From: Octopus vulgaris
Lineage: Eukaryota
DNA: 64,000 nt
Direction: 5' to 3'
NCBI GenBank assembly: GCA_951406725.2
Contig: OX597836.1
Span: 37,200,001-37,264,000, forward strand
In this document: in pieces, positions 47,002-62,712 of the stretch
Layout of the letters: each line of letters opens with the position of its first letter
How positions within the stretch are numbered: position 1 is the first letter of the stretch
The notes under the pieces: generated by a model
The model's input: only the letters and a program-made list of their open reading frames with translations
Database searches by the model: none
Told to the model about the DNA's origin: nothing
Program-made: the position numbers and the translations under genes

Positions 47002-47913
47002 GTCATCCCGTAAATAATGCGGGTTTTTCAGTTGCATGAACTAAAAGTCGGAAGGGACGGGACAAACTAAAAGCCGGAGGGGACGAGATATAGCAAGTTG
47101 ATGTAGAATATCTACATCAACTTGCTATAAAACCAGGTAGTTATTTATCTTGTGATTATTCTTAGTGCAAGGTTCGAAGAGTTAAGTTCTATTTGAACAG
47201 TTATTTTTTTCAAAGCTATGACGGAAGTGACAAAGAAGCATATTCGGCATATTTTGCTTTAAGAGTTCAATAAAGGCAACACTGCAAAGGCAAGTGTTAG
47301 GAATATTAATGAAGTATATGGGGATCGAACAATAAGCTTAAGCTACTGTGAATGATGGTTCCAGAAATTCTGACACGAAACTTCATCTTAGAAGACGCAT
47401 CATGTTTTGGAAAATCTGCAGAGCTCGATGAGGACGTCCTGCAAACCCTGGTAGAAACAAAACCCCATCGGAACTGTGGAGGAACTAGCAGAACAGCTTG
47501 GATTTCCTCATTCAACCAGTCATTTAAGTCAGCGCCAGAAAAAAAACAGCCATCTTTGATTTGAAGACGAAAGATGTTTTCCATAAGAATAATATTCATC
47601 TACATACAGCGAGGATGACATTTCAAAGAGTGGAGCAGTTTCGATGGGAAACGATGCCCACTATATTCGCTGGACGTTGTCCCATCTGATTATCATTTAT
47701 TCCGCAGTTTTCAAAATCATTTGGACGGAAAAAATATGAATTCTGTAGACGAGGTCACAACAGTACTGGAGGATTATTTTTCTATACGGACAAGTAAATT
47801 TTGGAAGAGGATCCTTGCAAGTCTGCCAGATAGAAGACAGTATATTTTAGATAAGAAAAGAATATTTTTTAATATTTAAGTTTGAAAAATATAAGTATAA
47901 AAAACCGCATTAT
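46997..47913 (+). mobile_element. mariner deletion derivative
   Basis: TIR ATTGGGTCATCCCGTAAATAATGCGG; MTEVTKKHIRHILL, AELDEDVLQTLVE, YSLDVVPSDYHLFRSFQNHL. Confidence 0.9.
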
Positions 47914-48341
47914 ATGTGTACAGGTATACGTGTACGTACTTAAGTATGTATATATGTGTGTATAAGTGTGTGTCTGTGAGTGTATGTGTATGTGTGTGCG
48001 TTTGTACAGGTATTAATGTATGTATATATGTATGTATATGTTTGTATGCCTCTGTCTGTGTCTGTGTCTGTATGTATTTGTGCATGTGTATGTAAGCTTA
48101 CAATTTCAATTTAGTTTCAATTACAAACATATTTTTCCAATAACATTCAAATTATCCCATTGCTATCACTCCCTTCCTGTATTTTCAATTACCAATCCCA
48201 ATTACTACTCTCGAACTTGCTATTTTATTTCTATACTTGAAGTGTCTCCATTATCTTCGTTTCAATATCATTTGTAATTCAATATAGGCGCATGCGCATC
48301 GGGACTTGTCTGAGCAAATATCACTTTCGTGTATCGGTGCC

Positions 48342-48570
48342 AGCGGCAAGCTGGCAAAATCGTTAGCACGCCGGGCGAAATACTTAGCGGTATTTCGTCT
48401 GCCGCTACGTTCAGAGTTCAAATTCCACCGAGGTCGACTTTGCCTTTCATCCTTTCGGGGTCGATTAAATAACTATCAGTTACGCACTGGGATCGATATA
48501 ATCGACTTAATCTGTTTGTCCTTATTCCTCCTCACTGTGTTTATCCCCTTGTGGGTGATAAAGAAAGAGG
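48342..48570 (+). mobile_element. SINE C, full length
   Basis: GGCAAGCTGGCAAAATCGTTAGCACGCCGG...CCCCTTGTGGGTGATAAAGAAA. Confidence 0.9.
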
Positions 48571-48837
48571 TCCTAACTTGTAATCTTGCATTAAACCCGA
48601 CAGCTGTTGTCTTACGTAATATGTTGCCCTCTGATAATACGGGATTTTGAAAGTGTGTAAACGATATCTGCTTAACATATTTAATTATATAATAATCATG
48701 ATACACTACAACACTATGGAAACAGCAAATTGCTATTCCCCATTTTATGTAATGGGCTTAATATATACATGTACATGCGTCTGTGCTACGCATACAGATG
48801 TATATTTACATGAATGTATGTATACTTGTATGTTAAT

Positions 48838-49492
48838 ATTCAGCTTTATTTCAAGACTTTTTGTCAATAGAGAAGGAGTCGGTCTCTCACCTAGATCCAA
48901 GGCTGCTTCATTGGAATTTCAACATTGGCAAGAGGGTAGTTCTGTATGCATGCATATATGTATGTATGCATGTATGTAAAGTTAATCTAAACAAGAAAGC
49001 ACAAAAAAACACAACAACGCGATGACGTGGAACAAATATAGTATTATTGGACGCTCAGGAAAGAAGGAAAGAAGGAGGGTTTAACGTTTCGAGCAGAGCT
49101 CTTCGTCGGAAACATAGGAGAAGGAAAGATCCAGAGAAGGGAAAACAGAGGAAAAAAAATCGCCAACGGTACACACGAGGTCACATTTTGTATGTATGTA
49201 TGTATGTATATATGTATGTACATATGTATGTATGTATGTATGTATGTATGCATGTATGTATGTATGTATGTATGTTCCATGCAGATTTGTATGTCTCGTT
49301 TTATGAATAGCTTCTCTTCCATATAATTACAGATCTAGACATGCTCCTATATACTTAAATGATAAATTCCTGGGAAGTTTTACAGATTTTAACAGTTCCA
49401 GTGACGGATTGGATCTGTAGTCTTCGAATCAGCGTTCTCCTTTCTGGTTTTGAGAAGCTTAATTTCTCAAGATCGGTATTTAGGCAGTGTGT
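48838..49492 (-). mobile_element. Restriction-like-endonuclease non-LTR element 3' end in (CATA)n, interrupted by a PLE terminus
   Basis: 49355-49492 reads [44 protein letters not shown], resembling R4/Dong-type C-termini. Assignment of 48838-48940 as its 3' UTR is inference. Confidence 0.6.
48980..49188 (-). mobile_element. PLE-type terminus with CCGACGA hammerhead variant (49079-49113)
   Basis: GTTT-CCGACGA-A-GAGC(TCT)GCTC-GAAA-CG-TT-AAAC; same family as 46700. Confidence 0.8.
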
Positions 49493-49879
49493 ATGTGTGC
49501 ATGTATAGTTGGTTGGTTGGTTGGTTGGTTGGTTGGTTGGTTGGTTGGTTGGTTGGTTGGTTGGTTGGTTGGTTGGTTAGTTGGTTCATTGGTTGGTTGT
49601 TTGCTTGTTTGCTTGGATTCATGTATGCATGCATGGATTGATGGATGAATTGATGGATGCATGGTTTTGTAGATGGATATATGGAGGGATAGATGCTTTT
49701 CCGACGTAAGTATACCGAGACAGAGAGATAGAGATGGGGGAGAGAGAGGATTGAGTATTGTGAGGAAGAGAGGGAATACGAACAGAGGGAGTGATGTTTG
49801 TTTTAACACTGTATAAACTATTATACGTATAGATTTGTCCATAAAGATTTTTTGAGATTGCAATTCTGTGTGCGTGTGT

Positions 49880-49920
<41 letters not shown>

Positions 49921-50275
49921 TGTATGTGTGTATATGTGTGTTTGCGTGCTTCTCTCGGTGTGTTATATAGTTTTGCATTCTGAAGTTTATAATTTCGTGG
50001 TGTATTTAGTTCAGATAAGAAATGGGAAAAGAATGACGCGTTTTAAAATGTCTGATTAAGAGTAATCGTTAATCTCATTTTAAATCTTATCAAAAGGAGT
50101 GGGAAAAAATGAAGGGATTGACATAGTTAATGGTGCATACATTCAGGTTAGAATTTAAGAATCCGATTAAACAGCTGCAAAAGATGATGGAGTGTGGTTG
50201 TAGCTGAAATGTCTTTTGTCCGATAAAGAGATAGAAAGAAAGAAAGAAAGATAAGATAGAAAGAAAAGAAAGATG

Positions 50276-50341
<66 letters not shown>

Positions 50342-50438
50342 CAAGCAGACAGTCAGACAGACGGACCGACGGCTGGATGGATGGATAGACGTACAGACAG
50401 ATGGACGGATGGAGATAGATATATAGATAGATAGATAT

Positions 50439-50470
<32 letters not shown>

Positions 50471-51243
50471 GTAGGTAGATAAATAGATCGATAGATAGAC
50501 AGACATACAGACAGACAGACGGATGGACGCATGGATGGAGATAAATAGACAGAGAGAGAGAGAGAGAGAGAGGGGAGAGAGAAAGAGAGACTATGTGTGT
50601 GTGTATGTATATGTTTACATGTGTAAGATAGTTCTCTTATTGTCTTCTGATTGTCGGAAGCGTCCAAATCGCCAAACTTCAAAAATATAACACAGTTAAG
50701 CTTTTAAATTCCTTCTCTTTGCTGAGACTTGCTCAAAATGGATATGACAACCCTAACCTAAATTATCATACATGAAGTATAAAGCAAAATAAATCTATCA
50801 ATTTCTCACGGAAATACAGAACAGGTTTCTTTGCTCATTATCATAGTGTGATTATACGGCAGGTATTAATCAGAATTATCAGTGATACACTGATTTATCG
50901 ATTTTACGGTAATGAAGATTAATCGCGTCTACTAATTTTCCATATAATGACAAAATATTGACCATGTTATCTTATTTCAATTTATGGATTCATTTCATAC
51001 AATATGGCGAATTTTATACCTGTCACAGTGAAATAATTACCGAACGAACGATATTTCTGTTGCGTTTGCATAAATGCTGCACTATTCATATGATCGATCT
51101 TGTCTATGTTTCCGTTTATTCGATCAAGCTAATTACCTACTCAATATAATGCAGCGAGAACGTGTTCCTTAGACAAATATGAACATCTGATGTAATACTA
51201 AGACGGCTTTCGAATCATAGGTACTCTTCAATATTTGTGTGTT

Positions 51244-51272
<29 letters not shown>

Positions 51273-51274
<2 letters not shown>

Positions 51275-51536
51275 CACCACCGTGATCACCATGACCGGCC
51301 AGGCTATCAGACGTTGCTACACATCGCTGGTCACAATGCGCTTTGCATTGTTTTAACCTTGAAGTGACGCCACCCCGCTGGCTAGGAGAGCAGGCCAGCA
51401 GAAGAAAGAGTGAGAGAAAGTTGTGGCGAAAGAGAACAGCAGGGATCACCACCAGCCTCTGCTGGAGCCTCGTGGAGCTTTTAAGTGTTTTCGCTCAATA
51501 AACACTCACAACACCCTAACCACTGGGCCATTGCGT
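51273..51536 (-). mobile_element. SINE B (second tail type) with deletion in the tRNA head
   Basis: 5' body matches ~990-1165; 3' part matches 9266-9366. Confidence 0.85.
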
Positions 51537-51789
51537 ATACGTATATATATATATCTTTTATTAAACTTTTAATACTTTTGATATATAAAAAAATAAATAA
51601 ATAAATAAATAAATAAAAATAAATAAATAAATTAATTAATTAATTAATAAAATAATATATAAATATAAAAATATACATACATACATATATATATATATTT
51701 GTATATATATATAAAATTTATAAGTTTAAATTATTTAAATAATTTTTTTTTATTTTTTAACTTTTATATTTTAAATTAATTTTATGTAT

Positions 51790-51932
51790 AGGCTTATGTT
51801 TTTCACTGTTTGATTTGCCTAATAATGGTTTTATCTCTAATTTAATATAATATAATATATTTATACTATAAAATTGGATTTAATCCTAAATCTCATTTTT
51901 CCCTGTAAGTTTGGATTTATTCCCTAATATTA
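51790..51932 (+). mobile_element. Terminus of the 13817-type element family
   Basis: TTCCCTGTAAGTTTGGATTTATTCCCTAATA, reverse complement of 13817-13930. Confidence 0.75.
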
Positions 51933-52019
51933 TTATTATATATATATATATATATATACATACATACATACATACATACATACATACAGACAGACAGACA
52001 GACAGATAGACAGACAGAC

Positions 52020-52113
<94 letters not shown>

Positions 52114-52149
52114 TCAATCCAAACAGTAATATATGTATGTATGTATATA

Positions 52150-52245
52150 CAGGGGTTGGAAAAATAATGGAAATACCTAGAATCATAGCATAATAATTTC
52201 GAAATATCTATAAAACCGTGTAAAAGCTTTATTTTTTTTGTTCCT
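52150..52245 (+). mobile_element. Tc1 5' TIR fragment
   Basis: TA-CAGGGGTTGGAAAAATAATGGAAATACCTAG. Confidence 0.85.
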
Positions 52246-53483
52246 ATCAAGCTGAGGTTAATAAAATGAAATACCAGTTACGTATTGGTGTCGATATAAT
52301 CCTGGATACATTTACGTCTGAATACAAAAGATGGTTGATCAAGTCTTAGCTTTCAGCCTTTGATGGTATGTCTATTCAATCACCTGAATCACCTTTGACA
52401 GCAGACACTAGAACAAAAGCAACAGAACGGCGATGCCAATAAAACAACGCAGGCAATATTAAAATAAGAACAAAAACTGTTCTTATGAACTTAGTTTTCC
52501 TGGCTTGTTCGAAATATTCAGAGACTATGAGAGAACACAATTCTAGAAATCAATAATTATATGAGAGCACCAATCTTTTATTGAAAAGATGATGACTGTA
52601 AGCAATGTTAAATAAATATACTTCAATTTTGTACCGCAAATTATACTGTATGAAATACATAGGAGACATTACGGTAAAGAAACTTTAAAACTTGACAAAA
52701 GGACAATTGACATATGTATGAATGTATTTAAACTATCCAATATGAAGATTAGTAAAGAAAAAACGAAAAACGAAATATTACAGTCGAATGCTATCACACT
52801 GTCGGATAAACAGGTAAATATAGAGAATTGCTAAGAATTAATAGTCTGTATTGGATATTGTATAACTCGCATAGTTGTCATTACTTTGACCGAATTATCA
52901 ATCATCCATAGCGCATTAATTCAGAATATTCTTCTAAAGATACAGTCAAATTATAGCTGGAATCTGAACTACGATATGATACAGAAAGGAAGAGATGTAG
53001 ATAGAACATTTCGATAACTTTTAAAGAAATATAAAGTTTTAGGAAAAGATAATTACATATATATACCATAACTTGTAGTTATTAGTTTGGTTTAATATGG
53101 TATATTACATTTATTTACTCAATCTTGACTTTTGCAGCCTCATCCTCTTTCAGTTAACTTATTCCTCCATCGATTTCTTTCAATATGCTATTATTTTAGA
53201 TACTTTTTTTCGACTTACAAACGCATGCCTATAATTTAATCATACACACACACACACACACACACACAAAGAAAAATAACAACAAAAAAACACACACAGA
53301 TGCTCTAAAACACACCTGCACACACATACATACGTGAATACGTGAATATATATTTTTATAAATCTATATCGATATATGTATGTCTACATACGTACGCCAG
53401 CATATTTGTGGGATTAATATATACTGATTATTGTGCTATAACTTCTGAGGAGTTTATACGCATTTGTGACTAAAGGCCAAGGG

Positions 53484-53578
<95 letters not shown>

Positions 53579-53705
53579 GTCTGTATGTTTGTGTCTGTCT
53601 GTTTGTATATATGTGTGTGTATAAATATATATGCATATATATGTAGGTGCATGTATTTATAGAGAAACACACACACATATATATATATATATATGTATAT
53701 GAATG

Positions 53706-53755
<50 letters not shown>

Positions 53756-53785
53756 CGTATACATACATAGTAACTATTTATATAT

Positions 53786-53820
<35 letters not shown>

Positions 53821-55550
53821 CATATAAACATATACATATACACATATAGCTATCATATATACATATGTTTGTGTGCATGTATCTGTGTGTGAATGTGCGC
53901 ATAATAAATAGGTTTTATGGTTCATTACCTGTCGTCAGACTCCACTGATGCTTACCTGTCTAATGAAAAATCACAGGCAAGGTATATTTAAATAGTGTTG
54001 TCAAGCTAGCATGTTTAATTATCTACGTTTGTTTATTTAATGTTTATCGTCTGTAAAAGGTTCTTCCGAAAATTAACGAGGCGAGAAATTCCGAATATGC
54101 AACATATAGGTAAAACAAAAATAAAAGCTGAAAAAAATGGCCACGATTTGCATCTGTAAGAATTACACACTGAAGTTTGTAACTTTGTTTATTTTTAGTT
54201 TTATGCGACGAGAATATGATAAATCTGACGTTTCGGAAATTTAACTTCGCCTAAGAAATTCGGATAGAAGATAGAATTCCGACTCACACCACGGTTATTG
54301 CAGAATAAGACAGTTTGGTGCAGCTTTATGCACAGTGCTGGTTTGGTATGATTGACTAGACACTGACACTGGTTTGGTGATAGTATGTTTGGTACTAGAG
54401 GCAAAGACACACTAGGCACAAACATTCACACATCAGAATGCACACTCAGAAATATACACATACTGATAGTATGAGAGAGAGATAGTCAGACAGACATTGC
54501 AAGTTGTACACAAATTACATGAATATTTTACCTCTCCTCATACGCATACAGTGAAGTATGCTCACAAACATAAACTCAGAGAGGGAAAGAGGTAAGGAAG
54601 ACGATAGAAATACAACGCGAGAGAACGAGGAAACATTAAAATGTCTTATGGCTAATATGTCAGCATAGACACAGCAATAACAACACAGCCTGGATAAACG
54701 TTTCAGAACCCGTTAAATGTACTTAGTCAAATCAAGAGCTTCACTGTTCAGTAATACAATCTGCTAAAACTGTTTCCAGTTAAAAGATGTTTTCATAAGC
54801 CTTAAGCTGTGAAAAAACGAAATCAGAATACATAGAGAGGCAGACATTCTTAACATTTTCTTGACAGTAATTTCGAAAATATACCAATCATAGCTCGACT
54901 CATCCAGCTGAGGTCATTCATAGGATTAAGATGGCACTCTCAATAAAATATTTAAAATTGTATTAGTTATATAATATATAGCGATTATTTCCGACAAATG
55001 ACGTTTACGTCGTAAAATTCGAGTTTCTAAGAAGAGCCAAACGATTCAGGAATGACAGATACTCTGATAATGTTCATAGAATCTAACGGATTTGATACAA
55101 TGAAGCGAAAGAGTTTACTGAAAATTTCCGACTCATTATTAGACAAAAACTCTTTGTAGGAATATTTAAAACCTAAGAGAAAGATGCAAGAAGATAAATG
55201 CAATGACATTAATAAAAGAATTTTGGACAATATAGAAAATGATGGATGGGAGCACATGATGTTCTTAACGCCCACTGTAGAATATTGTGGATATTTCAGT
55301 CTTCTATTGCATCATCAGTGAAGTATATATTATTTAGTTGCCATTATGTAGCGTGTTATATATACATGCATACATACATATATAAATAAGTAGATGTAAA
55401 TTTATATATAATCATACATATATGTCTATATGTATGTGTGAGTGTCTCTGCCTGTGTCTATACGTATACCTGTATTCTTTGTATATGAATATAGACAAAT
55501 ACGTATAAGTATATGCATATAAATATGTATATATATACATAAATAAATAT

Positions 55551-55713
55551 GTGTGGCTTTGTGGGAAGTAGCTTGCTTACCAACCACATACTTCCGAGTT
55601 CAGTCCCACTGCGTTGCACATTTGGCATATGTCTTCGAGTCGACCAAATATAGCTTCGGGCCGACCAAATCCTTGTGAGTGGATTTGGTAGACGGAACTG
55701 AAAACAGCCCGTA

Positions 55714-55753
<40 letters not shown>

Positions 55754-55934
55754 GTGTGTGTGTGCGTATACGAAAGTCTTCTTTCAGTTTCCGTCTTCCT
55801 TTCCAGATCCGCTTACATGTCTTTGGTCGGCCCTAGGCTATAGCAGATGACAATTGCCCTAAGTATCAAGAAGTGGGACTGAACCTAGAACCTCGTGGTT
55901 GGGAAGCAGGCTTCTTACAACACACTCACGCCTA
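55551..55934. mobile_element. Convergent pair of SINE A 5' halves (plus 55551-55714, minus 55772-55934)
   Basis: Both end at the internal microsatellite. Confidence 0.82.
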
Positions 55935-58900
55935 CACATAAATACGTAGCTTAAAGTTACATTTCCTGAAATCTGGTGGTGAAGTAAATCACATAATTTC
56001 GAAATGCATTAAAATTAAACAGTCCAGTAGAGGTCAATCCAGTAGAATTGACTACGGTGTTTTAACCCCGTTTATGTCTTAAGCGACGAAAGTTCTTTTG
56101 ATCCATGACAAACAGAAGTGAAAAGCCTTTTGCAGGCGCAATTATCTCTGAAAGATATTCAAACTTTATAACATTGTTTACTCTCCATCATTACTCTCCC
56201 CATGGACTCATTTAGTTCCGATCTGGCAGCAAATGTGCGCTATCAATAAATAATGACTGATTTTGAATAAAGAAAGCTTAATTTTTTAACTAGTTGCCTT
56301 TAATCGAATGTTCTGTTGAAGAGAAGTAATGAGTTCTGAATGCATCCGTCATCCGAAAGGAAGAGCTCTGGGCTGGCTAGGGTGTTTAAACAGGCTTTTG
56401 TTTGAAGGAAGAAATTTTTTTTTTCTCCACAACAGACTACAGTCAAAATGTTTTTACAGCTACAAATATTTCTCAAACTGGTTGTTTTACTTCTGTTTCG
56501 TACACGTACTCATAATTGTAGACAGACAGACAGACAGGGAGACAGGGAGACAGACAGACAGGCAGGCAGGCAGGCAGGTAGGTAGGTAGGTAGGTAAGTA
56601 GGTGAGTGGGTTTGTAGGGGGTAGTTAGAAGTTAGGTAAAGAGATAAATAGTGAGAGTGGTACGCATATATACACACGTACATATCTATCTATATCTGCA
56701 TATCAATTTTATCTCACTATATATATACACACGCACACACATGTACATATATATGTGATAACATCTCTCTCAGAGAAGGAAACACTGAGAAAAAAGTGTG
56801 ACACTGACAATATTCTATGTTTAGGACTAGTCCTTCTTTTCCAGTCTATGATGTCCATGCTCAGACAGTGAGATTGGATTTGTGCAAATCCTTTCCATAC
56901 TATAAAACCATCATGAAGGGCAGGCATCGCTGGAAAAAAAAATGGCTGGTTGTATTCTCTGCTTGTGTGGAACTTTCGATCAGGTGATGGCATTAATCGA
57001 ACACGAGTTTGCAGCCATCATGTATGTATGTATATGTATGTATGTATATATGTGTATGTATGTATGTGTATTTATGTATGTATGTACGTACGTACGAATG
57101 CATGTTTGTATGTATGTATGTATGTATGTATGTATGTATGTATGTATGTATGTATGTATGTATGCATGTATCGAGATAGAACAATCGTAATACCACCAAA
57201 TATCAATGTTATCAATATGGCTGCCGGAAATCTTTCAGATGAGCGATTTTTAAGGTAGATACTAATACGACACGTCTCACATACATTATATATTGAAAGT
57301 TCATCAAATGAGACTATCCATGCGATTAATTGGCAAAACTCTCCTTTTCTCAAAGTATGGCCTATTTTGTCGTAGTTTATTTTATAGCACGACTATATAA
57401 CTTACTAACCATAAGTATTGGCTTCAGTATATTCAACTGCACCTTGTTTTCATCTCATATTTGTATGATAAAATGAGCGTATATGCGCGTGTATATATGT
57501 GTTTGTGTATGTGTATGTACACATACGCGTCTTTTCGATCGACGTTATTTTTATATACATAAGTAGAAATAACGCTAATCAAATAGACAAATAGAAACTT
57601 CAATGGCAGATCCAGTCTTAAAATATGATTGCTATTTGTGTAGAAATAGGAACAAGACAAAGATATTTTTAAGATTACTATTTTCCTATGGCGCTGAAGG
57701 TACAATGCTGTAAACTTGCGAAGTGATTTTCTAGTTTCTGCTTCAGTAAATACAGTGAAAGTGATGTTTAGATTAAAGCGAAACTCTCCCGTTGTTTATA
57801 GAAAAAATATTTTTTTTCTTTCCACTCCACGCAGTTATTTCTAGTTTACCTTCTAATGCTCCATACATGAAACAGGTTAACGTACTAAGGGGATGATTGA
57901 TGCCTGCAACCGTCAATCTAATTTCTACTGCTTTTCATCTCCACAAGCCTTATAAGCAACATGGAAGTTAATTTTAGCCGGAACAAGGAAAAAAAATTGT
58001 GACATATACGTGTGTTGTCTCTTACCTTTTTCTCTAAGTCTGTCTGTCCATTGGACAGATCTAGATGAACGGTGCTACTTTCAAAGCTATTTTTAAAGCT
58101 AGTTTACTTGTAGTGAGTCACAAATCATCGCCGCGGACAGGATACGAACTACCTGATATAAAGTGATCTACGCATGTCACGGTAGTAGACACTCGTCCAA
58201 TGTGTTGTACAATGAGAGCTAACAAGTAATTTTAAGTAATAAGAAGGAAAAGGACAATTCCCGTGCATATCTAGGCAAATGATATTTACCTTAATATCTT
58301 AAATGATTATGTCAAAATTGATGAATATTTGACAATGATATCGAAAAGGCGAAAATGAAATGAATGAGTAAAATACTCAGCGTAGTAAATATGACAGTCT
58401 CCACCCCCACACATGCACACACATGCACACACATGCGCGCACACACACACACACACTCAGTCACTCACACACACACACACATACACGTATTCATGTGCGC
58501 CAGCACAATGTATGTAAACCGAACTAAAGACATTATAAATATATATAGGTACCCCAGTATGGCCGCAGTCTAATGACTGAAGCAAGTAAATATTAAAAGA
58601 CAAAAGATGTGTCTGCAATAGGCCACCACATTTTTATCTGCAAAACGTACCGTCATCGTCATCATCATCGTTGTCATTTTACGTCTGTCCTCATGATGAC
58701 ATACGTTGGGCTTAAGTCGATCGATTCGCAATATTTTGGTTTGGTTTCTATGATTGTGGGGTTCTTCCTAATCCATAGTCTACTAGCCAAAATCTATCGT
58801 CATCCTAGCGCAAGAGAAACTGTTATGTCCTCAACAAGACCAATCCGTTTTCCTGATACTACGCTGTTTGCACTATTCCAGCAGCTCTTTACAGAATGCA

Positions 58901-59563
58901 TTGGGTGCATTTCTTTGTTTGAGTTACACCTGCATAACTGAAATTAATCTACTAAACGAAAGGTGATTTTCTTTGCTCTGAGTTGTATACCGTTTGTACG
59001 AGGTAATGTGGTCGAGAATGTCGACAGAATAAAAGTCGATTGCAGTTGCTAAGCTACTATAAAATGGGGAACTCTGATAGCAAGCGAGAGAAAGTCATTG
59101 TGGTGACAGTATGGAAAAGGAGATTGAAAACAAAGAAAAATCGCTAAATAGATGTAATGAAAGACGTTAATGAGACACAGCAAGTGATGGATCGTTGTAT
59201 AAATGATTAGTGTTAACAGTGTGATGGATGACTATAAACAGTGACCTGTAGGAAGGGGAGCATTCGCTAACAATTTATACAGGTAATGTTAAGAGAGAAT
59301 GATGGTGATTCTAAGAAAGTGATTGAAACCTGAGAAAGAGAGTGTGATGGTTAGGGTAAAGTTCTATAAGATCCGCTGCAGTTCCTCATTAATCAGGTGT
59401 CGCGACGGGGCAGCATTAGTGGTAACTACATATTTGCTATTAGTGCTCGATGCGCTGAGTGATGAGGGCTACATCGAATGGTAGCTGACCCGATGTAATT
59501 GCTTGGTAATTATGCATCGGGATGACAGAGTCACTAAATAGACATAAAACAGAGAGATAAAAC

Positions 59564-59641
<78 letters not shown>

Positions 59642-59646
<5 letters not shown>

Positions 59647-59800
59647 GGGAGTAAATCCAAACTTACAGGGAAAAATTAGATTTAGGATTAAATCTAATTT
59701 TATAGTATAAATATATATATATATATATATTATGTTAAATTAGAGATAAAACCACTATTAGGCAAATCAAACAGTGAAAATCATAAACCAAAACATAGAA
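59642..59800 (-). mobile_element. Terminus of the 13817-type element family in (TA)n
   Basis: ATTAGGGAGTAAATCCAAACTTACAGGGAAAA. Confidence 0.78.
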
Positions 59801-59844
59801 ATAACATTAATTAATAAAAAATATATAAAATATAAAATTCAAAA

Positions 59845-59917
<73 letters not shown>

Positions 59918-59976
59918 ATATATATATATACATACATATATATATATATATACATATATATATGTATATATATATA

Positions 59977-60028
<52 letters not shown>

Positions 60029-60266
60029 CAAAGAGAGAGAGAGATAGCATGTGGCTATGAGTAAGGGAATGAGTAAGAGCAGGTTGAATATGGATCCTCA
60101 TGTTTCCGAAATGAAATTCTTAGCTGTTCAGCAATGCCATGATTACGATAATGCAATATATATTATAGTAGAACAACACATCTGGTTGAGTAGCAGCCAA
60201 AATTGTTACTCTACAATAGATATTCAAACCACCAGAGTCCGCATTGCGCTTTGACTCTTCTGAACT

Positions 60267-60905
60267 CCAGCAGTTTCAGGTAGGGTAAGAGGATTACATC
60301 GAACCTAGTACTCAACTGCTATTTATTTTATCGACACCGAAATGATGAAAGGCAAGGTCAACCTCGGCGGAACTTGAAATGAATTTAAGATACACAATCC
60401 GTTAGATTCACTTCGACATTTAAATTTAATTTGTCAAAATATTTTCGTCGCTTTGAGACCGCGAATACTGACAAAATTCCATGCTGTATCTCAAAGCGAC
60501 GAAAATATTTTGACAAATTAAATTTAAATGTATAGAAATCAATCTAACATATTTTGTGTGTTTCTTAAATGGCTTACAAACACGTTCCACGCTGCAATTG
60601 TTTTCGTTCCAGCACACGATCTCAGATCAGGTCACTTGCTATGCAAGTACATATCCGTAAATTTAACATAGTAATTCACTAATAGTTAAACATTGATTTC
60701 AAATTTCTATACAAATCCAGCAGTTTCAGGTAAAGGGTAAGAGGATTACATCGAACCTAGTACTCAACTGCTACTTATTTTATCGACACCGAAAGGATGA
60801 AAGGCAAGGTCAACCTCGGCGGAACTTGAACTCAGAACATAAGGACGGACGAAATTCCGCTAAGCATTTTAACCGGCGTTCCAACGATTCTGCCAGCTCA
60901 CCACT
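60267..60905 (-). mobile_element. SINE C with ~110-bp duplication flanking a PLE-type inverted-repeat terminus (60385-60660)
   Basis: 60267-60378 matches 60717-60830; the insert matches 8083-8308. Confidence 0.85.
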
Positions 60906-60939
60906 TTAGTAGTAATTAAATATTGACATGTTTTTCGAT

Positions 60940-61970
<1,031 letters not shown>

Positions 61971-62573
61971 CGTTTCGATGTTATATGCATTAAATTCTAC
62001 TAAGAAATAAATATGTGCTGGGGAAAAGATGAGATTAACTCAATGACTAATATTAATTTAATCATATCAGGAATGACGGGATGCATATTTGGCTACGTTT
62101 CACTATTATTAGACCTCTTCAGAGAAACATAGACTTCTCTATATTTGTCGAAGTAGTAAATTGAGAATGTTTCAGAAAATGAATTAAAAAATTTACAGTT
62201 ATGGTAGACTAGAAGACGTATAAAATTTAGCATATTTATAAAATGCACAAATCCTTATAATAAATTAAGTCAGCTTTTAACAAAAATTCTTTGTATTGCA
62301 AAATGATGTCTCGTTCATTAATTTCATTGTTACTGCTTCTTGTAATTATCATCTGCATTTCTATTAGTTACTCGGTTAAATTTTAGTGCAAGTTACACTT
62401 CAGAAATGCGTTTAAATGTTTCAAAAAATAAGCTTTCATACGTTTATTCAAAATCAATATTGATTCAGTACAATTTCTGATATTTTTTTCATATCATCCG
62501 TTTACGTAAATGTTCTTAAGTATAATTTGATTTTGTGCAAAAAATTAAAATATACAAAATCTATTTTGTCATC

Positions 62574-62712
<139 letters not shown>

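Noticed and set aside
55027-55275. 82-aa minus ORF preceded by an acceptor-like CAG
   Set aside because: No recognisable domain; the opposite strand looks equally protein-like but contains a stop.
62088-62122. Hammerhead-like CTGAAGA...GAAACGTA on minus
   Set aside because: Stem I and stem II pairing are poor; not counted.
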